From the IMG/VR virus record IMGVR_UViG_3300031111_000010, positions 1 through 64,000 of that record: a stretch of DNA of 64,000 nt; one strand, 5' to 3'. The DNA comes from a virus. The notes below the pieces were generated by a model. The model was not told where the DNA came from. It did not search any database and saw nothing but the letters and a program-made list of their open reading frames with translations. Every line of letters begins with the position of its first letter. Within the stretch, counting starts at the first letter, position 1. The position numbers were made by a program, and so were the translations under genes. Positions 40,576-50,801 of this stretch are shown piece after piece.

Positions 40576-42414
40576 TTATGGTGTTGATGCTGCAACCAGT
40601 TCGGTAAAACTTGCTCCTGTCTTAGTAGCAATCAAGTTCAGCACGATAAATTCTGCTGCTCTTGTAGGTTTGATATAAATATCACACCAAAGTTCATTTC
40701 GATCAATTCTCTCTGCTGAGTTGTTTCTCTCATCACAGACAATTAGGTAATCGAAAATTCCCCTTCTTGCTACGATATCTCTCAAGAAAGGATCGATCAT
40801 ATTAATGATAGCCAATCTTGTGAAGGTATCATTTGGTTCAAACAGGAAGTACTTCAATGCGGTACTTACCGCTTTACCGATTATGATAAATAGTCTTCTC
40901 ACATTAACTCTATTAAATGCTGAAGATTTATCAAGCATGTTTTTCTGACCCCATACAACCTTTCCTTGACCCGGAAAGCTCACGATAGGATTCAGACCAT
41001 TCTTATAAAGAATATCTCTTTCACCCTTTACAGGATTCCAACCAAGTTTCCTTACATTATTTATTTGACCTCTATTCAAACCTGCTGGTGCAAACCATGC
41101 TTCTGCTACATCGTCAGTATTTGCGTAAATACCAGCAACATGTCCTGAAGCTGGTATCCATCTATGTTTAGCATTCCACTTATCATAGACTTCTAACCAG
41201 TTTGCATAAGTAGCAACATAACTTGTGTTGATATTCAAATTATATGTATCATGATTTCCAAATCTATAATCTCTACAATCAGTAGCTTCACTACCTTTAT
41301 TATTTACTACTAATGATTTAGGTACATCCAAAACACCAACTGCATCTGCTCTTGCAATACAGGTAGTATTAATATATTCCTTAACAGTAGTAGATTTACC
41401 AGAATCTATAAAGATATTAACATCAATTGATTCTGGATCAGCGTATAAATCAATTGCCTCCATAATATCAGCATCTTGTACAACATCACCGTTACCTCTT
41501 GCTCCACCACCAAGTGATTGATAATCTGCCATTCCCAATGTAGAGAAGTCTTTATTCTTAAATAATGCTGTAGTTGCTACTCTAATATAACTTGAGTTAT
41601 TATTAATCCAATTCTCAACGTAGATATTAGCACCAGTATCATCAACTTCATCAGGATCAGAACTTACAAGATGAACTTCTACTATTTCATAGGGAACCGG
41701 ATTCTTATTAATATTTTCTTGTTTTGCTCTCTTTACTAGAACAAGAAATTGTTTATCATTATCAAAAGAAGCATCTACTTCTTGATCTAAATCATCATAT
41801 AATGTTGCTGATAATCCAAGACTTGCTGCTGCTGTTCCTTGTCTTACACCATTATAAGCATTTCTACCTACAATTGCTATTTTAACATAGTTACCCCATT
41901 CCCCTCTACTTGAAGCAATAAATGCCATATCCTGACCATTCTCTGGTCTACCTGTATCGAATGTGGTATCCTCATCACCAAAGTAATCAGGGTCTTTTGA
42001 ATCAAAATCACTTAACTGATATCCGTTTGCTGTTGTATATGCTGTAAACACATCCCCTCCTGCTGAAACTGCTGTTGCCATTGTTCCATAACTACCCGCA
42101 AAGGTAGCTGATGGAGCTAATACTCTTGTACAGTACAAATTTTGACCGAATTGAAGAAATCCTGCTGCTGCCATGATATCTTCATATGATTGACCTCTCT
42201 TTGAGAAACCACCTGCTGCTACTGATAATGCTTCCTCTGGTCTACCAAAGATATCAACTAATTCATCAATATCGTTTACCAATTGTGTCTTTAACTCTGG
42301 ACCTTTCCATGTATCTCTAAGGGTGATAACACCGATAGATGTTGCTACTGCTGGAATGGTAGTAGTTAAATCAATTTCGTTTACGTCCACCAAAGGACTT
42401 AGATACATTGCCAT
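40576..42414 (-). CDS. tail sheath protein, T4 gp18-like
   Basis: YLSPLVDVNEIDLT; WFAPAGLNRG; RVNVRRLF; FEPND; IKPTRAAEFI. Confidence 0.96.
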   Translation of the reverse strand: MAMYLSPLVDVNEIDLTTTIPAVATSIGVITLRDTWKGPELKTQLVNDIDELVDIFGRPEEALSVAAGGFSKRGQSYEDIMAAAGFLQFGQNLYCTRVLAPSATFAGSYGTMATAVSAGGDVFTAYTTANGYQLSDFDSKDPDYFGDEDTTFDTGRPENGQDMAFIASSRGEWGNYVKIAIVGRNAYNGVRQGTAAASLGLSATLYDDLDQEVDASFDNDKQFLVLVKRAKQENINKNPVPYEIVEVHLVSSDPDEVDDTGANIYVENWINNNSSYIRVATTALFKNKDFSTLGMADYQSLGGGARGNGDVVQDADIMEAIDLYADPESIDVNIFIDSGKSTTVKEYINTTCIARADAVGVLDVPKSLVVNNKGSEATDCRDYRFGNHDTYNLNINTSYVATYANWLEVYDKWNAKHRWIPASGHVAGIYANTDDVAEAWFAPAGLNRGQINNVRKLGWNPVKGERDILYKNGLNPIVSFPGQGKVVWGQKNMLDKSSAFNRVNVRRLFIIIGKAVSTALKYFLFEPNDTFTRLAIINMIDPFLRDIVARRGIFDYLIVCDERNNSAERIDRNELWCDIYIKPTRAAEFIVLNLIATKTGASFTELVAASTP

Positions 42415-42464
42415 ATTTTCCTCCATTTTCAGATATTAATCTGAGCTTTTCTATCCTTCATATA

Positions 42465-42472
42465 TATTTATA
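42465..42472 (-). promoter_or_regulatory. T4-type late promoter
   Basis: TATAAATA upstream of gp18. Confidence 0.7.
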
Positions 42473-42498
42473 TTTTTTAAACTTTTTTTTCAGTTATG

Positions 42499-43377
42499 TT
42501 ATGCTGGTAGTACTGACGATTCACTTGAACTTGAGCTTAATGAACTTGAACTTAAAGAACCACAAACCAAGAACTCAATATTTGTTACACTAAATGATGT
42601 ACTATCAGCATAATTAGTAAATGTTAATAGAGTTAAGTCATTTGAAGTCCATTCAATATCAAATGTTCCCATACCAGAAGGAGTAACAGTACCATATTCA
42701 CCAGCAGAAACATTAGTTGATAAAAGTTCATTAGTTGGAAAATCAAAAGAACGTAATTCCATTGTTAGTGGAATATCCGGTGTCCATGTAACTCTTATTT
42801 TACTAGGTCTAAATCCAGATGCCCATGGCGATGGCTCAGTCAATGGAGCTAAACCAACACCCGGATAAGCGAAAGTAACACTATCCCATTGTTCTAATTC
42901 AGAATTCCATGTTGCTCCCCCTTCAAGATCCTCCCATATTGTATTATCAAAATAGGTTTGCCAAGTAGGAGGACCAAATGGACAAGATGAACTACTGCTA
43001 TTACTAGTCGAACTACTGCTATTGCTTCCCCCTAATTCTTCTACTGTTCCATAACAACCTGCAAAGGTAGCACTTGGTGCGAGTACTCTTGTACAATATA
43101 AATTCTGTCCAAATTGTAAGAAACCAGCAGCAGATAGTAAATCTTCATATGATTGACCTCTCTTTGAAAATCCGTTTGCTGATACTGATAATGCTTCCTC
43201 TGGTCTACCAAAAGTATCTATCAATTCATCAATGGAATTTACTAATTGAACTTTTAATTCCGGTCCTTTCCATGTATCCCTTAATATAATAACTCCTATT
43301 GACGTAGCAACAGCAGGTATTGTTGTGCTTAAATCAATTTCATTTACATCTACAAGGGGTGATAAATACATTGTCAT
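42499..43377 (-). CDS. truncated tail-sheath paralog fused to poly-Ser and an unrelated beta-rich domain
   Basis: first ~110 aa nearly identical to gp18 N-terminus; late promoter at 43408-43415. Confidence 0.8.
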   Translation of the reverse strand: MTMYLSPLVDVNEIDLSTTIPAVATSIGVIILRDTWKGPELKVQLVNSIDELIDTFGRPEEALSVSANGFSKRGQSYEDLLSAAGFLQFGQNLYCTRVLAPSATFAGCYGTVEELGGSNSSSSTSNSSSSSCPFGPPTWQTYFDNTIWEDLEGGATWNSELEQWDSVTFAYPGVGLAPLTEPSPWASGFRPSKIRVTWTPDIPLTMELRSFDFPTNELLSTNVSAGEYGTVTPSGMGTFDIEWTSNDLTLLTFTNYADSTSFSVTNIEFLVCGSLSSSSLSSSSSESSVLPA

Positions 43378-43410
43378 ATTATTCTCCTAAAAATATTCTT
43401 CTATTCTTAT

Positions 43411-45867
43411 TTATAAAATAAAAGGTTCAGTTGGTACTGTGAAATCAGATTTATATAAACATTTATATTTAGTAACTCTCCATTCATCCCAATAACTTCT
43501 AAAATTCTCAGAACCAGCGTTATTTCCTCCAAAATGAAATCTAGTTTGTGTTAAATCATTTCCATTATCTCCATGAGTTTCTTCTGTTATTCTTATACCA
43601 TTTACAAAATATCTCCATATATAACCTTCTCTTGTTAAAGCTATATGACTCCATACATCATTAGCTATAACTGCTCCATTAGAAGGAGAAACTACATTTA
43701 CATAAACACCAGAACCATATGTTTGAACAAATAATACACAAGGACTTGATGTAGCTTCATGTATAATCCAAAGACCACCTGCTGTAGCATTATTTCCTAT
43801 TTGAAAAACTCTACCATATGCATCTCCCAATCCATTATTAGCTGGTCTTATCCATCCTTCAATAGTAAAGTCTTCTGTTCTTAATGCTTCTGGTGGGAGA
43901 GCAGTTCTAGAAAGTAAAGTATCCGTATCACCATCACATCCTAAAGAAGAAGACCCAAATTTGAATTGTGCTGTTCTCAATCCAGCATTATCATAATGAC
44001 CAAAAGCATCTAATCCACGAACATCATCATCTACTACTTGACTAAGGTTTGGTCCTTCAAAATGGACAAGAGATATAACTTTAGCACTTGTACTTGAAGA
44101 ACTACTCACTGAATTTGATGAACTACTAAATGAGCTTGAAGATTCAGAAGAACTTGAAGAACTCTCACTTGAAGAAGAAGAACTATATGATCCTTCTATA
44201 AGCATGTGATCATTAAAAATATACATTGTTGTTTTATTTTTATTTGTATCTAATAGGTCATCTAAAACTCTCCATTCAGCAACTATACCATCCCATCTTG
44301 AATTTGGATTATTAATTAATCCACCTAATCCAAAATTATAATCATCATAATCATCATTTCCTGAAGAACCAGTACCATCATCATAGAAAATCTCACCTAA
44401 ATATACTTTAGGATTAGTTACTGTCATAGTTTGAGAATAAGAATACCATACATCACCTGATGCTGTATCACTAAAACTAGTACTTCTACCACCAGTTACA
44501 TTACACCATGCTCTTGCAGGATTAGTTGTATCATACCACAAACATCTATCATTTTGACCCATAAAAGGACCACTAGCAGTAGTTTTTATTGCAGGATCAT
44601 TATCAGCTTTAAAGAACATTTCTATTTGAGCAGATGTATAAAATCTTGTTTTCTTAATATTAGTATCAAGATATTGATCAACACCATTGAAATGCCATCC
44701 ATAACCCATTGGTGTATCTTCTACCCATGCACTTGCTGGTAAAGTATTTGTTATATTAAAACTTCCATTTGCTGAATTATAAAAAGTAGATGCACTTGCT
44801 GGTTCATCAAAGTGTATTACTTGTCTATATTGTTGATTATTTCCAAGTACAGCTTCACTCCATACTGATTGTGCTGGTGTAGTTCCTTTTATACCAACAT
44901 TAGCTGAATTATCAACACCATCAATTCTCACTATTATGTTTCTATTTACACCTATATTTAAAGGCATAGCAAACCAAATTATAGGATTACCAGTATTCCA
45001 ATTTAATATCTCAGCAGGATATTCAGTACCATCTGATGCTAATTTTATATGTAAATTCTCTAATGGTTTTCCACTTTGAACTATTGGAGATGTTTCATCA
45101 AGTTTTAACATTACAGGATAAACATTATTTCTGAATATATTAGCACCACTTGTATGATAAAATAGTTCTATTGGTGTAAATGAGAAAGAGCTTGAGCTTG
45201 ACGATAAACTTGAGCTTGAGCTTGAGCTTGAAGAACTATAACTTGAGCTTGAGCTTGAGCTTGAAGAACTTAGGCTTGAAGATGAAGATGATCGTTCTGA
45301 TTCGCTACTTGATGATTTACTACTTGAACTAAACTCAATTGACCATGCTGTATCTCTTACATAGAAGTAATCATAATTGAAATTGACAGTACTTTCTAAT
45401 AACACATCTCCTTCATGTTGAGAAAAAGAAACTTCTCCCATTGTGCTAGGCCAGATACCTACAAAGATAACTTCTAATATTGCATATCCATAATTATTAG
45501 TGACAACAAGAGAACAATCAACTGAATACTCATCATGATATTCAGATATTTTATTGTTATTATTGTTAATATAACTCATCCAATCGAATAATAATTTCCA
45601 ATTATAAAGCAATGAATCGACAGTAAAGCTAACCATCCATGGATCATATTCCATTGGTATCATTCCACGCTTTGTTTTATTACCTTGCCATCTATGTTCT
45701 TCATTTGCTAAAGTAATTGATGGAAGCATTGTGGTATGGATATTCATAATAAATGGATTATTAGCACCGATAGAATTCTCACCGGGAATTAATGGAAACA
45801 CTAATTGATAATTCGTAGGTGTTCCCTTATCCATATTATTCAAATTTGATGTGTTACATACTATCAT
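43411..45867 (-). CDS. gp3-like domain + poly-Ser + DUF2341-like + LamG domains
   Basis: N-terminal PTNYQL..MEYDPWMVSFTVD..W..LFDWM..WP..EVSFS..FNYDYF resembles T4 gp3; C-terminal DFTIEGWIRP..WSHIALTR..DEWRVTK is LamG-like. Confidence 0.75.
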   Translation of the reverse strand: MIVCNTSNLNNMDKGTPTNYQLVFPLIPGENSIGANNPFIMNIHTTMLPSITLANEEHRWQGNKTKRGMIPMEYDPWMVSFTVDSLLYNWKLLFDWMSYINNNNNKISEYHDEYSVDCSLVVTNNYGYAILEVIFVGIWPSTMGEVSFSQHEGDVLLESTVNFNYDYFYVRDTAWSIEFSSSSKSSSSESERSSSSSSLSSSSSSSSSSYSSSSSSSSSSLSSSSSSFSFTPIELFYHTSGANIFRNNVYPVMLKLDETSPIVQSGKPLENLHIKLASDGTEYPAEILNWNTGNPIIWFAMPLNIGVNRNIIVRIDGVDNSANVGIKGTTPAQSVWSEAVLGNNQQYRQVIHFDEPASASTFYNSANGSFNITNTLPASAWVEDTPMGYGWHFNGVDQYLDTNIKKTRFYTSAQIEMFFKADNDPAIKTTASGPFMGQNDRCLWYDTTNPARAWCNVTGGRSTSFSDTASGDVWYSYSQTMTVTNPKVYLGEIFYDDGTGSSGNDDYDDYNFGLGGLINNPNSRWDGIVAEWRVLDDLLDTNKNKTTMYIFNDHMLIEGSYSSSSSSESSSSSSESSSSFSSSSNSVSSSSSTSAKVISLVHFEGPNLSQVVDDDVRGLDAFGHYDNAGLRTAQFKFGSSSLGCDGDTDTLLSRTALPPEALRTEDFTIEGWIRPANNGLGDAYGRVFQIGNNATAGGLWIIHEATSSPCVLFVQTYGSGVYVNVVSPSNGAVIANDVWSHIALTREGYIWRYFVNGIRITEETHGDNGNDLTQTRFHFGGNNAGSENFRSYWDEWRVTKYKCLYKSDFTVPTEPFIL

Positions 45868-45948
45868 AATCTTATTTATATATACCGTAAAATATTAACT
45901 TGTGCTTAAATTACTTCCTTTATCAATAGAATACTAAACTGCTATATC

Positions 45949-48900
45949 TTAAAGTGTAAGAAGATCGCCCATAATATTATGTGATACCGCTTTAGCATAA
46001 GCATCTGAACGTCCAGCAAGAGACAGTCTGAATTCAGACATAAGCCACTCATGTTTGTCTCCATAGACAGGACGATACCCATACACTTGAAAAAGAACGG
46101 AATCGGTGTCAGTACTTGATTCTAATAATACTTCTCCATTATTATATATAGTTAGTGTACTTGATGTTCTCTTAACTATAAAATGAGTCCACTCACCAAC
46201 AACAATATCAGCATCCTCGTAATTTGTGCTGCTGCCCCCACTATCAAGATCAACATAAATCTTTACATTTGCGTGAAAGGCTATTCCTTGGTAAGAATTT
46301 CCAGAAGCATTTCTGCATATACTGGCAACAAACGTGGGAGGGAGTTCTTGTCTGTTATATAAAAAGTCTAAAGTAAAATCTCCTGATATAGAAAAGTCTT
46401 CTGATATATAATCATTAACTCCATCAAAGTGGATATGAGCATATCCATCTTCTCTTGAAAAAACTGGTGTTCCGTGAAGTGTTCCATCATGAGCATTTAC
46501 AGTAGAATCTGTGGCATCTTCTACTAAATGCCAAACCGCTTCATAGTCCTCATCCCATACACCTTGAGCAGCAATTTCTCCTGTCTCCCCTATATAACCT
46601 GTTATTCCGTCACATGAGTTAATTGTGAAGTTGTCAAGTGTTACATCAACAACCCCATTATTCTCTTGCTCAAAAAATAATTGAACAGTGAGATCATTTG
46701 AATTACTCGTTACCAAACTTATTCCATCTGTATTACCTGAACCCCATACCCACTCATCAGTCACCCCCCAATAATAGGCAGTTATCAATCCACTACTATT
46801 TCTAGTAAGTCTTAACTTACCAGTAGTATGAGCAGTCCACAAAGAGGTTTCAGTTCTATCTGTTCCATATACTCTATATTCTTGATCCCCATCAGAACTT
46901 TTCTGCATGTTAATCAAACCAATTTGGGAACCAGCATCCAATAATCTGAATATAGGTAAGTGATGAAAACCATCATCTGGAGTTGTGAGAGAAATAATAT
47001 CAAAATCAATTTGAATATCAAATGCTCCAGACAGAATAAAATTACTATCAATTTGAGTTTTGTGATTTGCATCATCTCCAAGAGAATTATATTCCAATTT
47101 ATTATTTTGAATACTCAGATAATCAGAACCAACAGAAACGGTTTTTGTCCATTTGGCAGAGTCAGGAGAGCTACCATCTTCTCCTGTGAAATCATCAAAT
47201 ACTTCAGGAGAAGTTATTACCCGTTCGTAATTATTTTCTTCACCAAAAACAACCTTGATGGTAGTGTCTTCACTACTGGAAGCTGACGGAATTCTCGCAT
47301 GAAGAATACCAAGATCATTTGTTGGGTTCCATTCTTCTACTTCTGTGTAACATTCAACATCATCTACAGTGATATGGAGATACTTCCAATCTGTAGTCTC
47401 TGTAGCAGATACAATAGTAGATGGAAGAACTATTCTTACCGGAAAGTTGGTAAGAGTGGCATCAATTTTACTACTATCTATTGTGTAATATAGTGGTGGT
47501 GTAGTAGAACTTGAGCTTGAACTTGATTGACTTGAACTACTTCCTTCTGTTAATAGTATATTTTTCAATACTGCATTTGTAGCTTTTAACCATGCAGCAG
47601 ATCGAGTAATAGAAGATATCCGAACTTCTCCAATTTGCCCATTAAACCAAATGGACGATGGATTATCCCTATTATCTTTTCCAATTTTTAGTGAATAATC
47701 ATTTTGCAGACTTCCTGATCCTAAAGTATCATCATTATTTTTTGTCACTGTATCTTCTATTCCAGAAACAAATAGCTTCAGAATTTCACTCGCACCCGAT
47801 CCATCGTAAGTATGAGCAAGATAATAAAATTCATCATCTTCTAAAATGATGTCTGCGGTATAATCTTTTACATCTGATGAACCTTCTCTTAAGTAAACCC
47901 TGAACTGCTGTGAGTCAGTGAATTCAAAATTTATTGCTCCGACTGAAGAATTGCGATAGTTGCCAATGATCACACCCCTGTCGTTATCTCTTTCACCAAG
48001 AACAAATGCTTCAAATGAATGTTTTTCATCTCCTTGTAAATCCAGAACATTCACATCAGTGTCGGTTCCCATATAATCGTTACTGCCATCAAAATCTATT
48101 GCTTTACCAAATACTCCATCTACTAAATCACCAGAAGTCATACTACCATAAGTAGTACAATGTCTCTCATGGGAAGTAGAATCAAGGACCACCTTTGAAG
48201 CATCCGTTGGGTCTTGATTCATATGGTAAACCATTTCAAAACCAGAATTCCATACATTCTGTGCAGCAGATGTTCCAGTAGAACCAATATAAGAATTATT
48301 ACTTCCATATTCTAATTTAAGATTGATATCATGTCCACTTGGAATAAATGGAACTTTAGTCCATATTGTTCCAGATGTTTCCCAACTTTCAACTTCAGTA
48401 AATAATTCAGTACCACCAGATGTTACATGTAAATTCTCATATGAATTAGCACTTGTAAAATCAGATGGAAGTATTATACCTACTGGAAAATCTATTAAGT
48501 TCTCATCTATATTATTACTATCAATGGTGTAATATAATGGTGGTGTAGTACTACTTGAACTTGAACTTGAAAGAGAACTACTACTACTTGAACTTGAACT
48601 TGAAAGAGAACTTGAAGAACTTGAACTTGAAAGAGAACTTGAAGAACTTGAGCTTGAAGAACTTACTGATGGACAAATAACAGTACCACTATTGACAATA
48701 AAATTATCAATATCACATCTATTATTATCACCTGCATTATAGTCATACATTAAGAATCTAACAAAACAATCATCTGTAGTCATTGTTTTACTACCAGCAG
48801 AAGACCAACTACCAGAATTAGCATTATCATAATATACTGATACTGTTGATCCACTTCTTGTTATTCTTAATCTACCATAATCATTTGTTCTTCCATAAGT

Positions 48901-50793
48901 ATCATCATCAGGCGAACCTGTACTAAATCTTCTCAAGTAATTATTTCCACCTTGATATTGTGGTTTTATAAAAACAAAATATCCATTATCAAAGTGAATT
49001 TCTATAGCCATTCCAGCAGCAAAATTATTATTAGTTACTAAATTTTTATAATCACATTGAATATCAAAATCACCACTTATCTTAAATTTTGAATCAATAT
49101 ATGCATTATCACCACCAGCATTATTTGAACCAGTTAAAGTAAATCTAGCAGCAGATGCACTTATTTTTACATCATAAGCTGTAGGTGAATAATCAGTAGT
49201 TATCGCTGTCCATCTATTAGGATTAAGATCATCACCATCTGCTCCTGAAAAATCATCACTTGCTGTTATGAAGCAAGAGCTTGAACTTGAGCTTGAAAGA
49301 GAACTACTACTACTTGAACTTGAGCTTGAAAGAGAACTACTAGAAGAATTACTTGAGCTTGAAAGAGAACTACTAGAAGAATTACTTGAGCTTGAAAGAG
49401 AACTACTACTCAAAGAAATACTTGAAGAACTGCTTGAATAACCATCACTTGGTGGTAAGAATCCTTCTGGTGGTGTATATTCTAATTGATATGTTCTTGA
49501 TCTAATTTTACATTTTTGTTTAATATCAGTATTAATAGCAAAAAATGCACTTGATCCTATAAATTCAGTTTCAGTATAAGATGGAGAACCAGAAACACCC
49601 GGAAGACCTGTATCCCATGTTCCATTTTTTCCAAACCAAATATCACCAGTACCCATATCCCATGCTATCATCATAACATCCGGTGCAGCCCAATTATGAT
49701 TATAGGTAAAATAAGTACCATCATGATATAATCTATTAAAATAATTTATAGTACCAACACCAACAGCACTTCCATCTTGTCCTATAAATCCATTATCTCT
49801 ATGATTACCATCCATTAAACCAAATCCCGGCCAATGAAATGAAGTAGAGCTTGCTTCTATCCATTCTAACTCTATATACCATTTACCAGTGGTAGTATAT
49901 CCAACAGTTCTCATTATATCATTATTTGATGTATTATTATGATGTATTTCTCTATCTTGATCAAAAAAATCATAATTTGATGCTGTTGTATATGTAGAAT
50001 CAAATCTGAATAAATCTAAAAATGTACTTGAAGATTCAGAACTTGAAGATTTAGAGCTTGAGCTTATCGATGAACTTGAAGAACTCAGGCTTGAGCTTGA
50101 GCTTGACATAGAACTTGAGCTTGAGCTTGAAGAAGAACTCAGGCTTGAGCTTGAGCTTGACAGAGAACTTGAGCTTGAGCTTGAAGAAGAACTCAGGCTT
50201 GAGCTTGATGATGATATCCAAGATCGACTACTAGATGATTGAGAACTTGAACTAAATTCAGCAGTCCATTCTGTATCCCTAATATAGAAGTAATCATAAT
50301 TAAAGTTTACAGTACTTTCTAATAGCATATCTCCTTCACGTTGAGAAAAGGATATCTCACCAATCTGCATAGGCCAAATATCTACAAAGATGATTTCTTT
50401 CACCATATTACCATAGTTATCAGTAATCACCATTGCAGCATCAACAGAATACTCACTATGATATTCAGCTATTTTATCATTGTTATTGTTGATAAACTGC
50501 ATCCATTTTCTCAGTAAATTCCAGTTAGCAAGATTTACATCTACAACAAAACTTACTAACCAAGGATCAAATTCCATAGGTGATAGAGCACGTTTAGATT
50601 TAGTTCCATGCCATCTAAGTTCTTCTACTGCTATTGAAACTGGTGGAACAATAGCTGAATGTATGTTCATAACAAAAGGATTATTAGCGGCTATAGTAGT
50701 CTCTGTGGGTATCTTAGGAAATATCAATTGATAATTCGTAGGAGTACTCTTATCTATGTTATTCAAATTTGATGTGCTACATACTATACTCAT
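45949..50793 (-). CDS. gp3-like domain + poly-Ser + SPRY + DUF2341/LamG-like repeats (1614 aa)
   Basis: same gp3-like N-terminus; GKWYIELE..WFGKNGTW (SPRY); repeated YYTIDSSKID..FPV and VYHM..DST..GKAIDFDG modules. Confidence 0.75.
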   Translation of the reverse strand: MSIVCSTSNLNNIDKSTPTNYQLIFPKIPTETTIAANNPFVMNIHSAIVPPVSIAVEELRWHGTKSKRALSPMEFDPWLVSFVVDVNLANWNLLRKWMQFINNNNDKIAEYHSEYSVDAAMVITDNYGNMVKEIIFVDIWPMQIGEISFSQREGDMLLESTVNFNYDYFYIRDTEWTAEFSSSSQSSSSRSWISSSSSSLSSSSSSSSSSLSSSSSSLSSSSSSSSSSMSSSSSSLSSSSSSISSSSKSSSSESSSTFLDLFRFDSTYTTASNYDFFDQDREIHHNNTSNNDIMRTVGYTTTGKWYIELEWIEASSTSFHWPGFGLMDGNHRDNGFIGQDGSAVGVGTINYFNRLYHDGTYFTYNHNWAAPDVMMIAWDMGTGDIWFGKNGTWDTGLPGVSGSPSYTETEFIGSSAFFAINTDIKQKCKIRSRTYQLEYTPPEGFLPPSDGYSSSSSSISLSSSSLSSSSNSSSSSLSSSSNSSSSSLSSSSSSSSSSLSSSSSSSCFITASDDFSGADGDDLNPNRWTAITTDYSPTAYDVKISASAARFTLTGSNNAGGDNAYIDSKFKISGDFDIQCDYKNLVTNNNFAAGMAIEIHFDNGYFVFIKPQYQGGNNYLRRFSTGSPDDDTYGRTNDYGRLRITRSGSTVSVYYDNANSGSWSSAGSKTMTTDDCFVRFLMYDYNAGDNNRCDIDNFIVNSGTVICPSVSSSSSSSSSSLSSSSSSSSLSSSSSSSSSSLSSSSSSSTTPPLYYTIDSNNIDENLIDFPVGIILPSDFTSANSYENLHVTSGGTELFTEVESWETSGTIWTKVPFIPSGHDINLKLEYGSNNSYIGSTGTSAAQNVWNSGFEMVYHMNQDPTDASKVVLDSTSHERHCTTYGSMTSGDLVDGVFGKAIDFDGSNDYMGTDTDVNVLDLQGDEKHSFEAFVLGERDNDRGVIIGNYRNSSVGAINFEFTDSQQFRVYLREGSSDVKDYTADIILEDDEFYYLAHTYDGSGASEILKLFVSGIEDTVTKNNDDTLGSGSLQNDYSLKIGKDNRDNPSSIWFNGQIGEVRISSITRSAAWLKATNAVLKNILLTEGSSSSQSSSSSSSTTPPLYYTIDSSKIDATLTNFPVRIVLPSTIVSATETTDWKYLHITVDDVECYTEVEEWNPTNDLGILHARIPSASSSEDTTIKVVFGEENNYERVITSPEVFDDFTGEDGSSPDSAKWTKTVSVGSDYLSIQNNKLEYNSLGDDANHKTQIDSNFILSGAFDIQIDFDIISLTTPDDGFHHLPIFRLLDAGSQIGLINMQKSSDGDQEYRVYGTDRTETSLWTAHTTGKLRLTRNSSGLITAYYWGVTDEWVWGSGNTDGISLVTSNSNDLTVQLFFEQENNGVVDVTLDNFTINSCDGITGYIGETGEIAAQGVWDEDYEAVWHLVEDATDSTVNAHDGTLHGTPVFSREDGYAHIHFDGVNDYISEDFSISGDFTLDFLYNRQELPPTFVASICRNASGNSYQGIAFHANVKIYVDLDSGGSSTNYEDADIVVGEWTHFIVKRTSSTLTIYNNGEVLLESSTDTDSVLFQVYGYRPVYGDKHEWLMSEFRLSLAGRSDAYAKAVSHNIMGDLLTL

Positions 50794-50801
50794 AATCTTA
50801 T

